DNA of 62,908 bases, counting the filler, from Globobulimina sp. (taxonomy: Eukaryota), in assembly GCA_003354225.1 (NCBI GenBank). It is 40 parts of 40 records of this genome, joined end to end, with 100 filler letters (N's around TTAATTAATTAA, not from the genome) between each part and the next. Parts side by side here need not be neighbours in the genome. Positions count along the whole stretch, not along the records: positions 48,842 to 50,316 come from PIVH01016109.1; positions 50,417 to 51,890 come from PIVH01016110.1; positions 51,991 to 53,464 come from PIVH01016111.1; positions 53,565 to 55,038 come from PIVH01016112.1; positions 55,139 to 56,612 come from PIVH01016113.1; positions 56,713 to 58,186 come from PIVH01016114.1; positions 58,287 to 59,760 come from PIVH01016115.1; positions 59,861 to 61,334 come from PIVH01016116.1; 32 more parts are not named here. One strand, given 5' to 3'. Below are positions 50,175-62,908 of this stretch, in pieces (the first letter of the stretch is position 1; every line of letters begins with the position of its first letter). Below the pieces are notes generated by a model. It saw nothing but the letters and a program-made list of their open reading frames with translations, was not told where the DNA came from and did no database searches. Both the position numbers and the translations under genes were made by a program.

Positions 50175-50316
50175 GTCTCTTTGCGATTTTTCTGTGGCGG
50201 TATGCGAGGGGATGGTTGAAAAATTGAATGAGTACAAGGTAGGAAAAGTGGAGCTACTTCATTGTGGAGTTGATTTTAGTTTATTTAATTGTGCACCTAA
50301 CCGCCTAAGTGAATCA
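50175..50316 (+). other. Probable bacterial GT-B glycosyltransferase fragment, chimeric
   Basis: CDFSVAVCEGMVEKL..KVELLHCGVDFSLF resembles the GT4 'D.vv.vS...i.nGvD...F' motif. Confidence 0.5.
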
Positions 50317-50690
50317 NNNNNNNNNNNNNNNNNNNNNNNNNNNNNNNNNNNNNNNNNNNNTTAATTAATTAANNNNNNNNNNNNNNNNNNNNNNNNNNNN
50401 NNNNNNNNNNNNNNNNATTAATACAATGTGTGAGGTCAGAGAATTCATGTGTTAAGCACCTCCTGCCATCAAATAATAATTGCAAAATATATTACAATAT
50501 AACAATAAGGAAAACAAAATAGTTTAAAAAACAAAACATTGACACACTAATAAACAGAAATATTTATGTGCGAAATATTAGTATATTACATACATACAAC
50601 AACAAACAAACAAACATCATAATATTTTAATTTAAAAAACATTTTATATCGCACTATCGCACTATGTACAGTATACAATTAATGTTCTGA

Positions 50691-51801
50691 TCATGTGGTG
50701 GCACTTTGAGTGAAATCGGGTGATATTATCACTGTCACCGTATTATGACTATTTGTTATCACTGAACTCGAATTTGTTGAGGTATTATGACTATTATCAA
50801 CATCACCACTTTGACTCGTTTTTGATTCCAATTCCAATTCCACCACATCAATCAACCCGGAAATCGCAACAACACTTTTATTGCAAATATTTTCTACTTT
50901 ACCGCATATTTTGTCGAATGTTTTGACACCAAAAGGAAATTGTAAATAAATGCAAAATAAACTAATTAACTCATCCAACATCACTAACATACAATGCATC
51001 ATCCATAGCTCATGAGAAGCATTCGTCTGTCGGATGGAACTGATGACACAATCGAGTAACCTTAACATGCAAACAACACAAACATGCAAACAACGTGTCA
51101 CATAATAATTAACATAAGAAACGTAACTGTGATGATAATAAACCCGCTGCGGCACAAACAATAGGTCTTATTACTTGTTTTAACAAATCAGCATCATGCA
51201 ACGATACCATTTTTTTCAGAAAGACTGCTAATAAAATAATGGTGAACACGAAATTGGTGATTTGATAGAATATCCGCGCTGTCAACACCCCCTGATCCCA
51301 TTTTTCTGGAGGAGCCAATGCTAAAACCAATACCAATGCGGTGCCGAACACAACTATCAATATAAAACCAATGGAAAATATAATCCATAGTAATTTGGAC
51401 GTTGCTAATACAGTGCCTTGGAAAGGGAAACTTAAACGGAAGACATATAATAAATACATCAATGATAAGCCAAATTGGTTGAAAAATATTGCGGCGATTG
51501 CGAGTTTGACCCATTCCAATATATCATAACCATACATACAAAACATGCTGGTTCCCACATGAATGCAGAATAAGACTGAATTTGCCATAAAACAAACAGC
51601 AATGGCGGTGCAGCCAAATTGTATCATCGTCGCTGGTGACGAATCTCGTTCCATTTTCATCCATATTAAATATATAAAATATACGCCAAATATGCAAACA
51701 AAACATGCACATAAAATAATCAGCACCCACAGAGATAGTGAATCTGGCGCAGTTGGATTGGAAAAACAAAGGATTATTTCTTCGCCCATTATGCTAAACA
51801 A
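50691..51801 (-). CDS. 7TM-like membrane protein (intron-split)
   Basis: Multiple TM helices; second ORF with LDELISLFCIYLQFPF. Confidence 0.7.
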
Positions 51802-51995
51802 TATGTTTGTGGAATATAACGTGTGTATACTCGCTCTGTGAAATTTTAGATGTTTAAATTTCTGAAAGTTGGTGGATGGCTAGTTCACTTNNNNNNNNNN
51901 NNNNNNNNNNNNNNNNNNNNNNNNNNNNNNNNNNTTAATTAATTAANNNNNNNNNNNNNNNNNNNNNNNNNNNNNNNNNNNNNNNNNNNNCATTT

Positions 51996-53336
51996 TTAAC
52001 AAAAAAAGTTGATAATGTTTGAAATTGCAGATATTTCGACAGCTTTTACTGGTACAAAATGTGTCGCATCTGTTGAATATTGACATTTATCATCAAATAA
52101 TTTATACGCATCAAAATATATCACTTTTAACGTATTATTACTCCAATTCATCATTTGTTGTTTGTTATAAACATATTCTGATAATCTTTGGTTAATCTGT
52201 TTCGGTCCAAGACGAGTTAATGAATATTTATGATTACAAAAATCAATTCCTTTCATCACATATGCTTCAGATTTAGTATTATTATACGAATAATTAACAT
52301 ATATTTTGTTTACATCAATATTATTTTTTTCTAAACAGTCTCGAAATGTTTTATAATTTACGTTATTCTCGTCCATCAATTCATTTTTTGATATGTTTTG
52401 TATTGATTTATAAAAATTTGCGCCAGTCTTATAATTTCTGTCATATACTTTATCACAAATTGGATGAACTGATCTAAAAATGACACATTTTGTATTTGAA
52501 TTCGATGATGCTGCTTCTATTAATTTATCAAAATAAGTTTCTAAATGAGTTAATGTTTTAATTGCATTGACTTCATAATCTTTGAATGGAAATAATTGTA
52601 AAAGATGCATTGCACCAAACTCTGTGAATATAGCATTTATATTTTGTGTTTTTAAAGTTTTCTTTGTGTCATACACATCATATCCTGGTTTAACATAGTG
52701 ATGCCACAAATAATTATTCCCAACTTTCCAAAATGCATCTTCTGTCATTGTAAGAAGCGAATTGTTTGTTTCTCTTAGACCATCAATATTAGTTTGTTGA
52801 TTGGTTTTGATATTATACGTGTTCCAGAATGCGTGGTGTTCTTTACATGACAACTTACCATCGAATGCATTTACATATTTTGTTGCGTTGTATGAATTTG
52901 AAATGTTTTTTGCTGAGGCATTGATGTAAAAATCATACGCTGTTAATTGAGCCACTAAGAAATTAAAAAAATAATATTGTACAGAATCACCAATTAATAA
53001 TAATGAAAATTTGTTAAATATTTCATTGATAAATTTATGTGAAAATCGTTGGAAGACATAATCTTTTCTGCTCATCTCATCTTTAATTATTATTTCATCA
53101 TTGAATTCATCGTAATTTTGTTGTGATAATTGGTCCATGTATTTATTGATTATATGTTGATAAGAAATGTATTTTAACTCCGAATCATTATTAATTTTAT
53201 TATTTATTGGTACGAAGATGGTGATTGGTGCAGCTTTCATTGATTGAGAATAAATGGTATACATGGAATATAAGGCACAAATACAAAGTAGACATACACA
53301 AAATATGTATGTTGACGATTTGCTTCGTATCGACAT
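51996..53336 (-). CDS. Type II membrane SGNH/GDS-motif esterase / O-acetyltransferase-like protein
   Basis: N-terminal TM; LLIGDS; C-terminal DATH (DxxH). Confidence 0.7.
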   Translation of the reverse strand: MSIRSKSSTYIFCVCLLCICALYSMYTIYSQSMKAAPITIFVPINNKINNDSELKYISYQHIINKYMDQLSQQNYDEFNDEIIIKDEMSRKDYVFQRFSHKFINEIFNKFSLLLIGDSVQYYFFNFLVAQLTAYDFYINASAKNISNSYNATKYVNAFDGKLSCKEHHAFWNTYNIKTNQQTNIDGLRETNNSLLTMTEDAFWKVGNNYLWHHYVKPGYDVYDTKKTLKTQNINAIFTEFGAMHLLQLFPFKDYEVNAIKTLTHLETYFDKLIEAASSNSNTKCVIFRSVHPICDKVYDRNYKTGANFYKSIQNISKNELMDENNVNYKTFRDCLEKNNIDVNKIYVNYSYNNTKSEAYVMKGIDFCNHKYSLTRLGPKQINQRLSEYVYNKQQMMNWSNNTLKVIYFDAYKLFDDKCQYSTDATHFVPVKAVEISAISNIINFFC

Positions 53337-53564
53337 TGAATATGGAATATTTTAATAGATCAAAAATGGAGTTTATTCTAATTATAGAATTTATATAATG
53401 TATAAAAATGGAGTTTCATAATTCATAATCTTCCAACAACCAACAATTTATGGTCACTTACTTTNNNNNNNNNNNNNNNNNNNNNNNNNNNNNNNNNNNN
53501 NNNNNNNNTTAATTAATTAANNNNNNNNNNNNNNNNNNNNNNNNNNNNNNNNNNNNNNNNNNNN

Positions 53565-53919
53565 ATCAACAATACGATGGTCGTTTATGGCGTTTATGAT
53601 CAATGAATTTCATGATGAGACTGGGTATGAATGTGGCGATGATGGGCCGCCTTGTTTTACGGAAGGAAATGAAGTGTTGAAAAAATTTGACTTTGATGAA
53701 TGGCCATTATGGTCATGGACAAAGGATGTAAAATTGCTATGGATAAAGCAAACTGCTGTAATAATGATTGTAGTTCTATTGGTTTTATTTCATGTGTTAG
53801 CATTTGTTATGTTGAAAGTGAATAGAATCAGATATATGGAATTGCCAAAAGTTATGGAATATGAATTACAAGACTTGTCGTCAAAAAAACCTTCTTTTAG
53901 TGGTGTTAGTAGAACATGA
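53565..53919 (+). CDS. ABCG-type transporter C-terminal fragment
   Basis: RWSFMAFMINEF..C....CFTEGNEVL..F followed by a TM helix. Confidence 0.65.
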
Positions 53920-55038
53920 TGTCGTTCAATCAGTTGTCCCTTGTATTACTTTGTTTGATTTGCTGCAGGAAAGCTACAGAAAGCAATTTATCTCCCAATG
54001 ATATTACAGGGGATCATATCACGATTCATATGGTAGCGCATACCCACGACGATCCAGGGTGGTTATTGACCATCGATGAATATTATATTGAAGAGGTTGA
54101 ATGGATATTTTATACAATGATACCAATATTAAAAGACAATCCCACCCGTAAATTTACCTATGTTGAAATGGCATATTTACATAGATGGTGGGAAGAAATC
54201 AGTGACAAATTAAAAAATGATACAAAGAATTTAGTTAAAACAAGACAACTACAAATGAACTTAGGTTTGTAATTTGTATGGAAATATATACTTCGAATTA
54301 TATCTTTGAAATCAACACACAATTTCTTTTAATTAGGTGGTTGGTGCATGAACGATGAGGGTATGTAAAAATACTATATATATATAATTACCATATAATA
54401 TAATAAATATATTATAGCAAACCCAACTGCAGAAGCTGTAATACATCAAATGACCGATGGGAATCAATTCATATTGCAAAATTTTGGTGTTTCTGCCTTA
54501 CCAACAGTTGGATGGCATGTTGACCCGTTTGGTCATAGGTACGATACACTTAATTTAATATAAATATGCTGATTTCCCCTTTGTTAATCAAAAATGTACA
54601 GTTGGGTTACTGGTGGTTTATGGGCACAAGGTACAATATAGTTCAATATCATGTTTTCCTTCAACGTTTTGATTGTCAATAAACAGCTGGATTTGATGCA
54701 TTTGCAGTGCATAGAATCGATTATTTAGATCTTAAGAATAGAAAACAAAACAAAGACCTAGAATTTATGTGGAAAGGCTCAAACAGTTTGGGAGAAGATG
54801 CGTGGATATTTTTCCATATTTTAGGTGGTGGTTATTGTTCACCAAACGAAATTCAATTTTATTCTATTCCAAATCAACCAGATAAAAATACATATATTTC
54901 AACTGATCCATTGTTGCCATCATATCCACCAAACCAAATCGAAATTGCTGAAACGTTTATCGCTGATTCAAGAAACAGAGCTTCTTGGTTCAGACACAAC
55001 CATTTGTTGATGCCATATGGATGTGATTTCGCTGTTTA
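53916..55038 (+). CDS. Lysosomal-type alpha-mannosidase (GH38), 5 exons, 3' truncated
   Basis: HMVAHTHDDPGWLLT, RKFTYVEM, GGWCMNDE, GWHVDPFGH, RIDY, MPYGCDF; four short GT-AG introns. Confidence 0.95.
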
Positions 55039-55347
55039 NNNNNNNNNNNNNNNNNNNNNNNNNNNNNNNNNNNNNNNNNNNNTTAATTAATTAANNNNNN
55101 NNNNNNNNNNNNNNNNNNNNNNNNNNNNNNNNNNNNNNGATAGATATTGATAGAAAAGGATAATTTATGCGTATTACACCATGCCTAGGAGTGGATGGTG
55201 GTGTTTTAAAAAGGATGATAAGGAGACATGGAATAAATGCGGCTGGAAACAAACATATACAGATACTTTGAATGGACTGCGTGGCACATCACACATTGCT
55301 ATGTGGCACATCACACATTATGAGGATTTTGCTATGTGACACATAGT

Positions 55348-55419
55348 CAGAACAAAGTCAGAACAAATTTATAATTGAATTTTCGGTATACAAAGGGTTA
55401 TCTTTTGGAATATATCGTT
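55348..55419. mobile_element. Right end of the MITE family seen at 6333-6566
   Basis: Near-identical to about 6492-6566. Confidence 0.85.
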
Positions 55420-55752
55420 TAGGCATTTTTGCTTTATCGTAAAAATCTATTTTAAATTCGTCGTATTACCATATTAATTAATCTGACTATGGCGCTGTTC
55501 ATTTATGGTAGTTCAAACAAAAAATTAAAACAAGCAAACAAACAATCACATGCACTCAAAAAGTAATAAATCTTGTCTCTCTCCATAAGTATTACTCGTT
55601 TGCTTGTTTTGTTTTGTATTGTTTGCGTACTTTTTGTGTGTCCATATCCATGTTTGCGTTTTCAGCGCACTTTTTGTGTCACAGAAAATAAACTTTGTTA
55701 CTAAAAGCTCTACTCACTCTCCACCCAACTCTCACGTCGAGACCATCTGACC

Positions 55753-56612
55753 ATGTTACCCTTAAACAGATCAAAACCAATACAACAGATTGATTTAACT
55801 GTACAATCACCAGTAGCCTCTGTAACAACCAATAGTATTTTAACGGGCGCCTTCCATGTCTTAAATAATGTAAATTCTTCTGCCAATAATAACATGGTTC
55901 CTCATTTCAATCTTAATTCAAATCCAAATGCACCGCCACCGCCATCCATACATTATAACACACATAATACCAACAACAATAATCACTCACCGCAAAAACA
56001 CAACAAAAATGTCACTAACAACCCCAAGCCGTTTACGTCTGGCATTGTCGATTTTGTATCCTTTAATTACGACGCAAACCGCTTAAAAAACCCCCATTAT
56101 CATACAAAATTTGGCATTGATTTCGATTCAGAAATATCACACAGCACAACCTCCGACGCGCAGAACAAGCCTCCCTCCAACACTCCGGGCGCCAATCCAC
56201 CATTCGATCCACACTCCATATTCTGTGCACCGCCGATAAAAGCCGAGAGTCTCCAGGCAGTCAACGAAAACGTCTCCGATTACTCGCAATATAATTTATT
56301 CGGTATGTCTATGCATATGCATCTGGACATCGATATGGATAACAAAACCAACCCAAACCCTCGCCACATTGCCTACAAATTGTTCCACCCCGCCTTCGAC
56401 CATGGCATCCGCGATACGAACTTATTCAATTACATCGCGACCAACATACTCAAACTGGAATGTGTCGACGATATCGGCATTGACATCTTGAACTTCCTCC
56501 ATTCTTTGTTCATTATTTTGTATTGGAATGACCGTTATTTTAAGCTGCAATTAAACGAGCCGCCGATGCATGGAATCATTAAAATGTTGCAAGATTTAGT
56601 CCCGCTGCAAAC
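55753..56612 (+). CDS. Hypothetical Asn/Pro-rich protein (3' truncated)
   Basis: Long ORF, no family recognised. Confidence 0.5.
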
Positions 56613-56712
56613 NNNNNNNNNNNNNNNNNNNNNNNNNNNNNNNNNNNNNNNNNNNNTTAATTAATTAANNNNNNNNNNNNNNNNNNNNNNNNNNNNNNNN
56701 NNNNNNNNNNNN

Positions 56713-57960
56713 TCTCCGTCATTCTCATCCTCAAATTCATCATCAAAGTTAGGCAACGTACCGACATCAAGCGTTGTTATTGTTTCCTTTACAGAATGTT
56801 TCATATCCATAACCAATATGGCATTTTCAGCATTATGTAAATCAATCTCCGAATTCCCTGCATCCTCAAGCTCTCCATCTTTGTTAATATCATTTGAATT
56901 AATCTCAAAATCTGTAGTATCCGATGCACACTCTACATGAATAAATTTTGCTTTATTAGCTTTATGCTTGTTTTGCCCCAGCGGTTGCATTTCGTTCCCA
57001 ATCCCTTGTTTTAATTTGTTTTTTAATATAGTTTGTTATATTAAACAGGTGAAATTGCAATGTTTATACCTTTAGTAATTGGCGTTGGAGTGTTTCCAAT
57101 ATTAATGTTTTCAGCGTGTGATTTATATTTATTTTGCTGTTTTGAGCGACTCAATAAAACACATATCCATATTGTGAAGAATGTAAATAAAACGGCAAAG
57201 ATAGAAATTAATATTACAGTATTGGCATTTACCGCAGCTGCGGATTGCGAGGATTTTGCTGTGGAATTCAACTGCAACGTTGTTGAAATATATATTTGTG
57301 TCACGAACACTGTTGATAATATATTTGCATTTGAGGCGCATTGCAATATTGGATTTGCAATAACTGCATTATCACAAAGTGCAGAATTTAATTTATATAT
57401 TTCCACTTTTAGCGACTTGCCATTTGTTGTATTTATGTTTATGTTTTCAAAATCTGATGCATATAATAGCTGTGATGATGTATGTCGAAGCATATCATCA
57501 ATGTAAAATTTGTATAGTATGCCATCGTGATCAGCATCGGAGCCATATTTATCAATGCAATTTGTATGTTGACTATATTGGGGCGATCCAGATAAACCAA
57601 TGACAGCGGTAAAAGCTGAAAAATTACCGTTTAATGGCCAGACAATGGATCCGTAGGTGGCTGATTCTGAAGTATTTATGGTTATAAAGTCAGTATAATT
57701 ATTGTTGTCACCCATAACCATGCTGCTAGAACCGTGTATATTTGCCCATTTCGTGTATATTAGATCACTTGTTGATATTTCATTTACTTCTGTCAGCAAT
57801 GTGTTGTTTGTACAATGTGCAGTATTGTGCACTGAGAGGAACACTTATTTTATGTGTACAGTAATGCATTTAATATAAGTTTTTATACACAAAAACAGAT
57901 AATACTCACGTTAATGACTGCTGCAATATCCATAACAGCACCATTCGAAAGCAAGACATC
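56713..57960 (-). CDS. Single-pass membrane protein with NPCBM/NEW2-like carbohydrate-binding domain (intron-split)
   Basis: W.LNGNFSAFTAVIGL..YKFYIDD..INI...KSLKVE..D.AVIANP.L; then TM helix. Confidence 0.7.
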
Positions 57961-58325
57961 ATATTTCTAGTAGCATTAGTTTTTCAAAATCAAAAGTTTT
58001 CACAAACACATTTACGTTTACTGATTTGCCCAAGAATGCGAAACATATAAAAACACTTTTGTATGTTTATATAAAAAGATGTTATGGATATTATTTTTAA
58101 CTATGATATCCAATTTATTTCAAATCAAATGCCAATGTAATTTAATTGATGATCATGAATATAATGTTTATAAAAAATGTAAATATNNNNNNNNNNNNNN
58201 NNNNNNNNNNNNNNNNNNNNNNNNNNNNNNTTAATTAATTAANNNNNNNNNNNNNNNNNNNNNNNNNNNNNNNNNNNNNNNNNNNNCAAGAGATCAAAGA
58301 GTCAAAGTTTAATAAATTAATATTT

Positions 58326-59760
58326 GTGGTTCAAATCAAAATATTACGAATTATATTAAAAGAAAATGATAAAATATTCTATCATTATAAATTTAATTGG
58401 ATAAAACATCAAAAAATAATTTGGAATTTGGATAAGAAAATATTTAGAAATGCTAAAAAAATATATAATGGAAAAAGGTTCGAAAGTAAAATATTTAATA
58501 ATATGTGGAGTATCTCCATTGCATTGTGTCCAAATGGATATTCATCAGATAATAATGGAAAATGTATTGTTATTTTGCGTTTATGTGCCTTTCCATTAAC
58601 TGTATCTGCTGTTGATGTTCAATGGAATCTATCCATTCCACAAATTAATTTTAAACGAACAAAAACGGATAAATTTATAATTGGAAAGAGCGTTCCGTGG
58701 ATATCAGTTGGATCATTTAATGATTTTTTTAACGTGAAAGAAATGGAAATTTTGATTGATGTGTTAATATTAAAAGAGTATGATTCAAATAATAAAGAAA
58801 TTGAAATTAAATCAACGGAAAACGAAGAAGAAAAATATGATTTTATGGATAATACGAACGAAAAAGATGACGCTACGATAACGAAATTGAAAAAACTATT
58901 ATATGATCAACAAAAACAAAATCAATTTCTATGTGATTATCAATATAATAAACAGCCGCAACAAAGCAAACCAAGCATACCACAAATAATAGTATCAAAC
59001 AAGAAAGAATATGAAGATTTAATTAAAAAAATGCAACAACAACATGCAGAGACGTTATTGGAAAAGCAGAAAGAGGTAAAATTACATATTGCAAATGCAG
59101 TGAATATTGAGTATAAATATAATGCATTACAACAAAAGAACGAAGAGTTACGGATCGAAGTTACGGACTGTTTGTCTGTTAAAATGAATGATGTGGATCA
59201 AAAACGGCAAATAAAAATGTTAAAAATGCAATTAAATAATGCATTAAATGATAGTAAACGCTTTGAAAATGATTTACATTCAAAAATAAATATTATAAAT
59301 AGCAATAATGAGCTTATTGCCAAACTAGGAAACGATGAAAAACAAAGAGAGAAAATTGAGAATAATATACAAGAATCATCCAAACAAATTGAGACTGAAA
59401 ATAAGCGCCTGCGCGATGAGAATGATGCATTGCAAAATAAATATGATGTAATAAAATGCGCTCTCACCACATTAAAAGTTTAGTGTTTTTTTCAGAAAAC
59501 GTTTCTGTTGACAATGAAATATAATGTATATGAAAATAAAGGAAGACAATGATAAACAAACAACATCAACAAAACAAATGACTGTTAAACTGAATCAGTT
59601 GACTGATGAACTCAAGATATTATATGAAGAGAACACTATTTATAAAGAACGAATCACTAATTGTACCATACAAATTTTGTCCTTACAAAACTCAAATGCA
59701 GCACATAAAGAAACCCATAAAGCATTACGAAACAAAATAGAAACACAAGCAGAAAAGCAT
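58326..59760 (+). CDS. MATH domain + coiled-coil protein (intron ~59478-59541)
   Basis: FESKIFNNMW..LCPNG..VILRL; long heptad region. Confidence 0.7.
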
Positions 59761-60019
59761 NNNNNNNNNNNNNNNNNNNNNNNNNNNNNNNNNNNNNNNN
59801 NNNNTTAATTAATTAANNNNNNNNNNNNNNNNNNNNNNNNNNNNNNNNNNNNNNNNNNNNAAAACTCATTTTCAGAAATTCGAAAACAAAATGTGATACT
59901 CCCCAAGCTCAAAAACCGTTGACAAATGAATGGTGGGATATTGACGAATATGATTAATTACGTCATGCAATATTCATGATTGTTTAATTAGTAATTCTCT
60001 GCTTAAATTTACAGATATT

Positions 60020-60880
60020 ATGGATTCTGCGTCAAGGTCAGATTCACCAGTTACACCAGAATATTCACGATGTTCCAGTGTGAATATGTCATACGAACAA
60101 ACCTTCGATGAATTAAATAATTTGCAAAAAGAATTCCGTAGAATGGAAGTAAATCGTCGCCAAAAAGTAAACTCTATGCAACGAAAACGTTGCCAACAAT
60201 CACACAATGCGTATAAAAGAACAGTTAGAGACGAGCACATAAACAATGTTAAACAACGTCGGACATCAATAAATGACATGAAAACACAATTAAAGTTGGG
60301 GAATGCGAATAGAAACCAAAGAAAAAGGCAATCGCGAGCCAAATTGATCCGTAACAATTCATTTATGCATCAACAACAAAGCATGAATCACGTTAATCAA
60401 CGCAGACAAAGTGTATTGCAAAGAAAACAACAATTACAATTGCAAAAAGATCAAAAACGTAAACAGCAATTTCTTCAAAAACAGAGAAAAAGAGAGCAGA
60501 AAAGTTATGTAAATTAATTAATATATTCAACAATAATATAAAATATAAAATATTAATGCATGTACACAGTTACTCGAGCCCTGCAGCGGAAAAAATCTTT
60601 CACCTCAAAATCTATATATGATGAAAATAAACAACTAAATGAATTCGAACTAATTGATGATAGAAAGGATTGTGATGTTCCTTTTTTTCAGAAACAAAGA
60701 ATCCGATCGCAATCGCAAACAAATCTGCGAACTACATTTACTGCAGAAACAAATTCAAATTTATATAATTGTACTTCTACTGCCAAGAAAAAGAAAAAGA
60801 GCGCATTTCGATTTATGAAACCAACATTATCTGCTTATTTGCTAACAAATCACACAAACAGTTTATTTGCTTCCTGTTAG
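60020..60880 (+). CDS. Basic Gln/Arg-rich coiled-coil protein (2 exons)
   Basis: Two ORFs separated by a GTAAAT..CAG intron-like segment. Confidence 0.5.
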
Positions 60881-61602
60881 AGCTAGCTCTAATTATTAAA
60901 TTATTAAATGTGCGTATAAATTTATAATAAGTGGACTGGATCAGACAATTGTAACCATGCACATGACATATGATATGTTGTTTAATTACTTTGTTTTCGA
61001 TGTTTCAGCAATCTGTGAGCAGACACTTTCTTTTTCATGCAAAATGAAGATGATATGAGGAAACGGAAGAGGAAGAGGAAAGTGATTGATTTGATTTCTT
61101 GTTGTTTTTGTATGTTTGAATGGTTATAATTATTTACAGTATTTTTATACGATTCATTTCTTAAATTAAATATTTAATACGGTTTTGGCATTTTTTTTAA
61201 ATTTTTTAAAGTTACTGAAAAATGAACAATGCTGCCAGGAAAAGACGATCACAACTATTGGTAAGTGGTTACGTTATAAAATGTAGGACTCCATACATCC
61301 ATACAGATATTATTAGTATCATCCATGCATTCCANNNNNNNNNNNNNNNNNNNNNNNNNNNNNNNNNNNNNNNNNNNNTTAATTAATTAANNNNNNNNNN
61401 NNNNNNNNNNNNNNNNNNNNNNNNNNNNNNNNNNTTTGAAACTGTATTATTGGCATAGTTTGAAACTGATCTGTTTTTTCAGTTTGAGCCAGAATTATTA
61501 TTTCAGTTTCAAACTAAATTCAAGGATTTGGATGGAAATCCTTGCTCTAAAAATACAGATTTTTATGTAACATAATAATTAATTAAAATATAATATATAC
61601 AG

Positions 61603-62638
61603 TAAGAAAGAACGTAAGCAGCACGATAATCGATTAAAATTGGCAAATAATAAGAAAAAAATGGAAGAAGCTGGTCTTCGGAGGACAGCTATTGTATACC
61701 CACCGGTATGGATGTCTTATAATCGATGGAGTTGTGACCCTCTACATTATTGTACGAGGAGTTTCTGTCATATGGCAGATTATTTTGGAAAGAAATTGGG
61801 CGATTGGTATACACCAACGGCTCATGAATGCAGGGATGGTATCATATTAATATTTGAATCAGAAATGTCTATAAGATCTGGATTTAGTCAGAAATGGATT
61901 CAATCTGTGGAAAAAAAACACACGCCGGTGACAAATGCAACAGGTCCAATCATTTCGCGCGTGTTAAAATCTGTATTTGTGGAAGCATTGCAATTTGCGA
62001 TTCGATTCGAAGACAATGAATTTAGATTATTAATATTATTATTCTTATTTGAAATATGTGAAAATACGCACGAATTACATGGATTGATACAAAAATATAA
62101 TTTCGAGAATGGCACAGATGATGAAGCATATATAAGATATCAAAAATTGGCAATCCGAAGATATAAAATGATATTGCAATTAAATGATGAATACAATATC
62201 CCGTATGAGTTATTTCATTTTTATGGAATACGACATAAAATGCATTATTTGGTGACAATGAATACCAATAACCGGGGAATAAGTCTCTCCTCCACTTCAC
62301 CACAAGAAGCGGTACAGAAAAAAGACAAAAGAGTCACAAAGATGAATGCGAATATGGATCGAGATGAATGTTGTAGACATTCAGGTTTATCAAATATTGC
62401 ATTTGGATTGGATTATATCCGAATAACAAAAGAGAATTTAACGAAAAGAAAAGAAAGAAACATGAGACAACGCATTCGAAAGTATGATGATGATGATAAG
62501 GAAAAATATAACAGGATTGCCTCCAATTTCAAGCCAAGAGCAGCGAATATTTACAAGTTGATACAAGATCATAATTTCGATGATGACATTGATGGTGAAT
62601 TAAAGGAGATTCGCAACAAAAGAAAAAGGAGAAATTGA
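61603..62638 (+). CDS. Candidate Transib/RAG1-like DDE transposase, C-terminal exon
   Basis: Ordered motifs DPLHYCTRSF, NATGPIISR, PYELFHFYGIRH, STSPQEAVQKK; acceptor TATACAG at 61596-61602. Confidence 0.5.
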
Positions 62639-62908
62639 ATTGATTTAATAATGGCAATGACATTGAAAAAAGATGAAATTGATTTGTTTTTTTTGTTTTT
62701 ATATCTTGCCGTCGTACATATATATTTTTATATACTTTTTATGAGTTTGGTTTGTTTTTATAATAAGTTCGCATTGAATATTTCCATTGATTTAATAAAT
62801 TTACTTTTCCATTCACGGTCCAATCAAAACAAAATTCAGTCTCAAAGTAAAAAAGAAACGTTTCTTAGCATACAAAAAAACATTATAAAGGCGGCCGAAG
62901 GCCGCCGC

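Noticed and set aside
1477-61434. Regularly spaced TTAATTAATTAA repeats
   Set aside because: Artificial six-frame-stop spacer inside N runs. ORFs ending in X..LIN are artefacts of it.

Overview
This window is not a contiguous locus. It is a pseudo-scaffold of 40 unrelated ~1.5-kb contigs (16 x 1476 bp, 16 x 1475 bp, 8 x 1474 bp, sorted by length) joined by 39 artificial 100-bp spacers (N44-TTAATTAATTAA-N44), so adjacency across spacers means nothing. Most contigs are AT-rich eukaryotic DNA with short GT-AG introns, most likely from a protist such as a foraminiferan (inference). They encode fragments of SET, C2H2, Tudor, SPRY, MATH, Kelch, LRR, LONRF, DedA/VTT, mitochondrial carrier, PTH2, GH18, GH38 and multi-TM proteins. 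Mobile elements are abundant: RLE-type and other non-LTR retrotransposons, a DIRS-type RT-RNase H, a Maverick/Polinton integrase cassette, several MITEs and a candidate Transib/RAG1-like transposase. Two contigs are bacterial: folK-YHS-transaldolase, and a secreted protein gene under a divergent GEMM-I-like riboswitch. Several other contigs are mosaics carrying short bacterial fragments, probably amplification or ligation chimeras. The most interesting signals are: (i) a T-shaped GC double hairpin nested in GTTTGAAACT iteron-like inverted repeats, a motif shared with the contig encoding the RAG1/Transib-like protein; (ii) the divergent GEMM riboswitch; (iii) a circular retroelement fragment; (iv) an intron-bearing, bacterial-type cysteine synthase. 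All family calls are motif recognition by eye; no searches were run.
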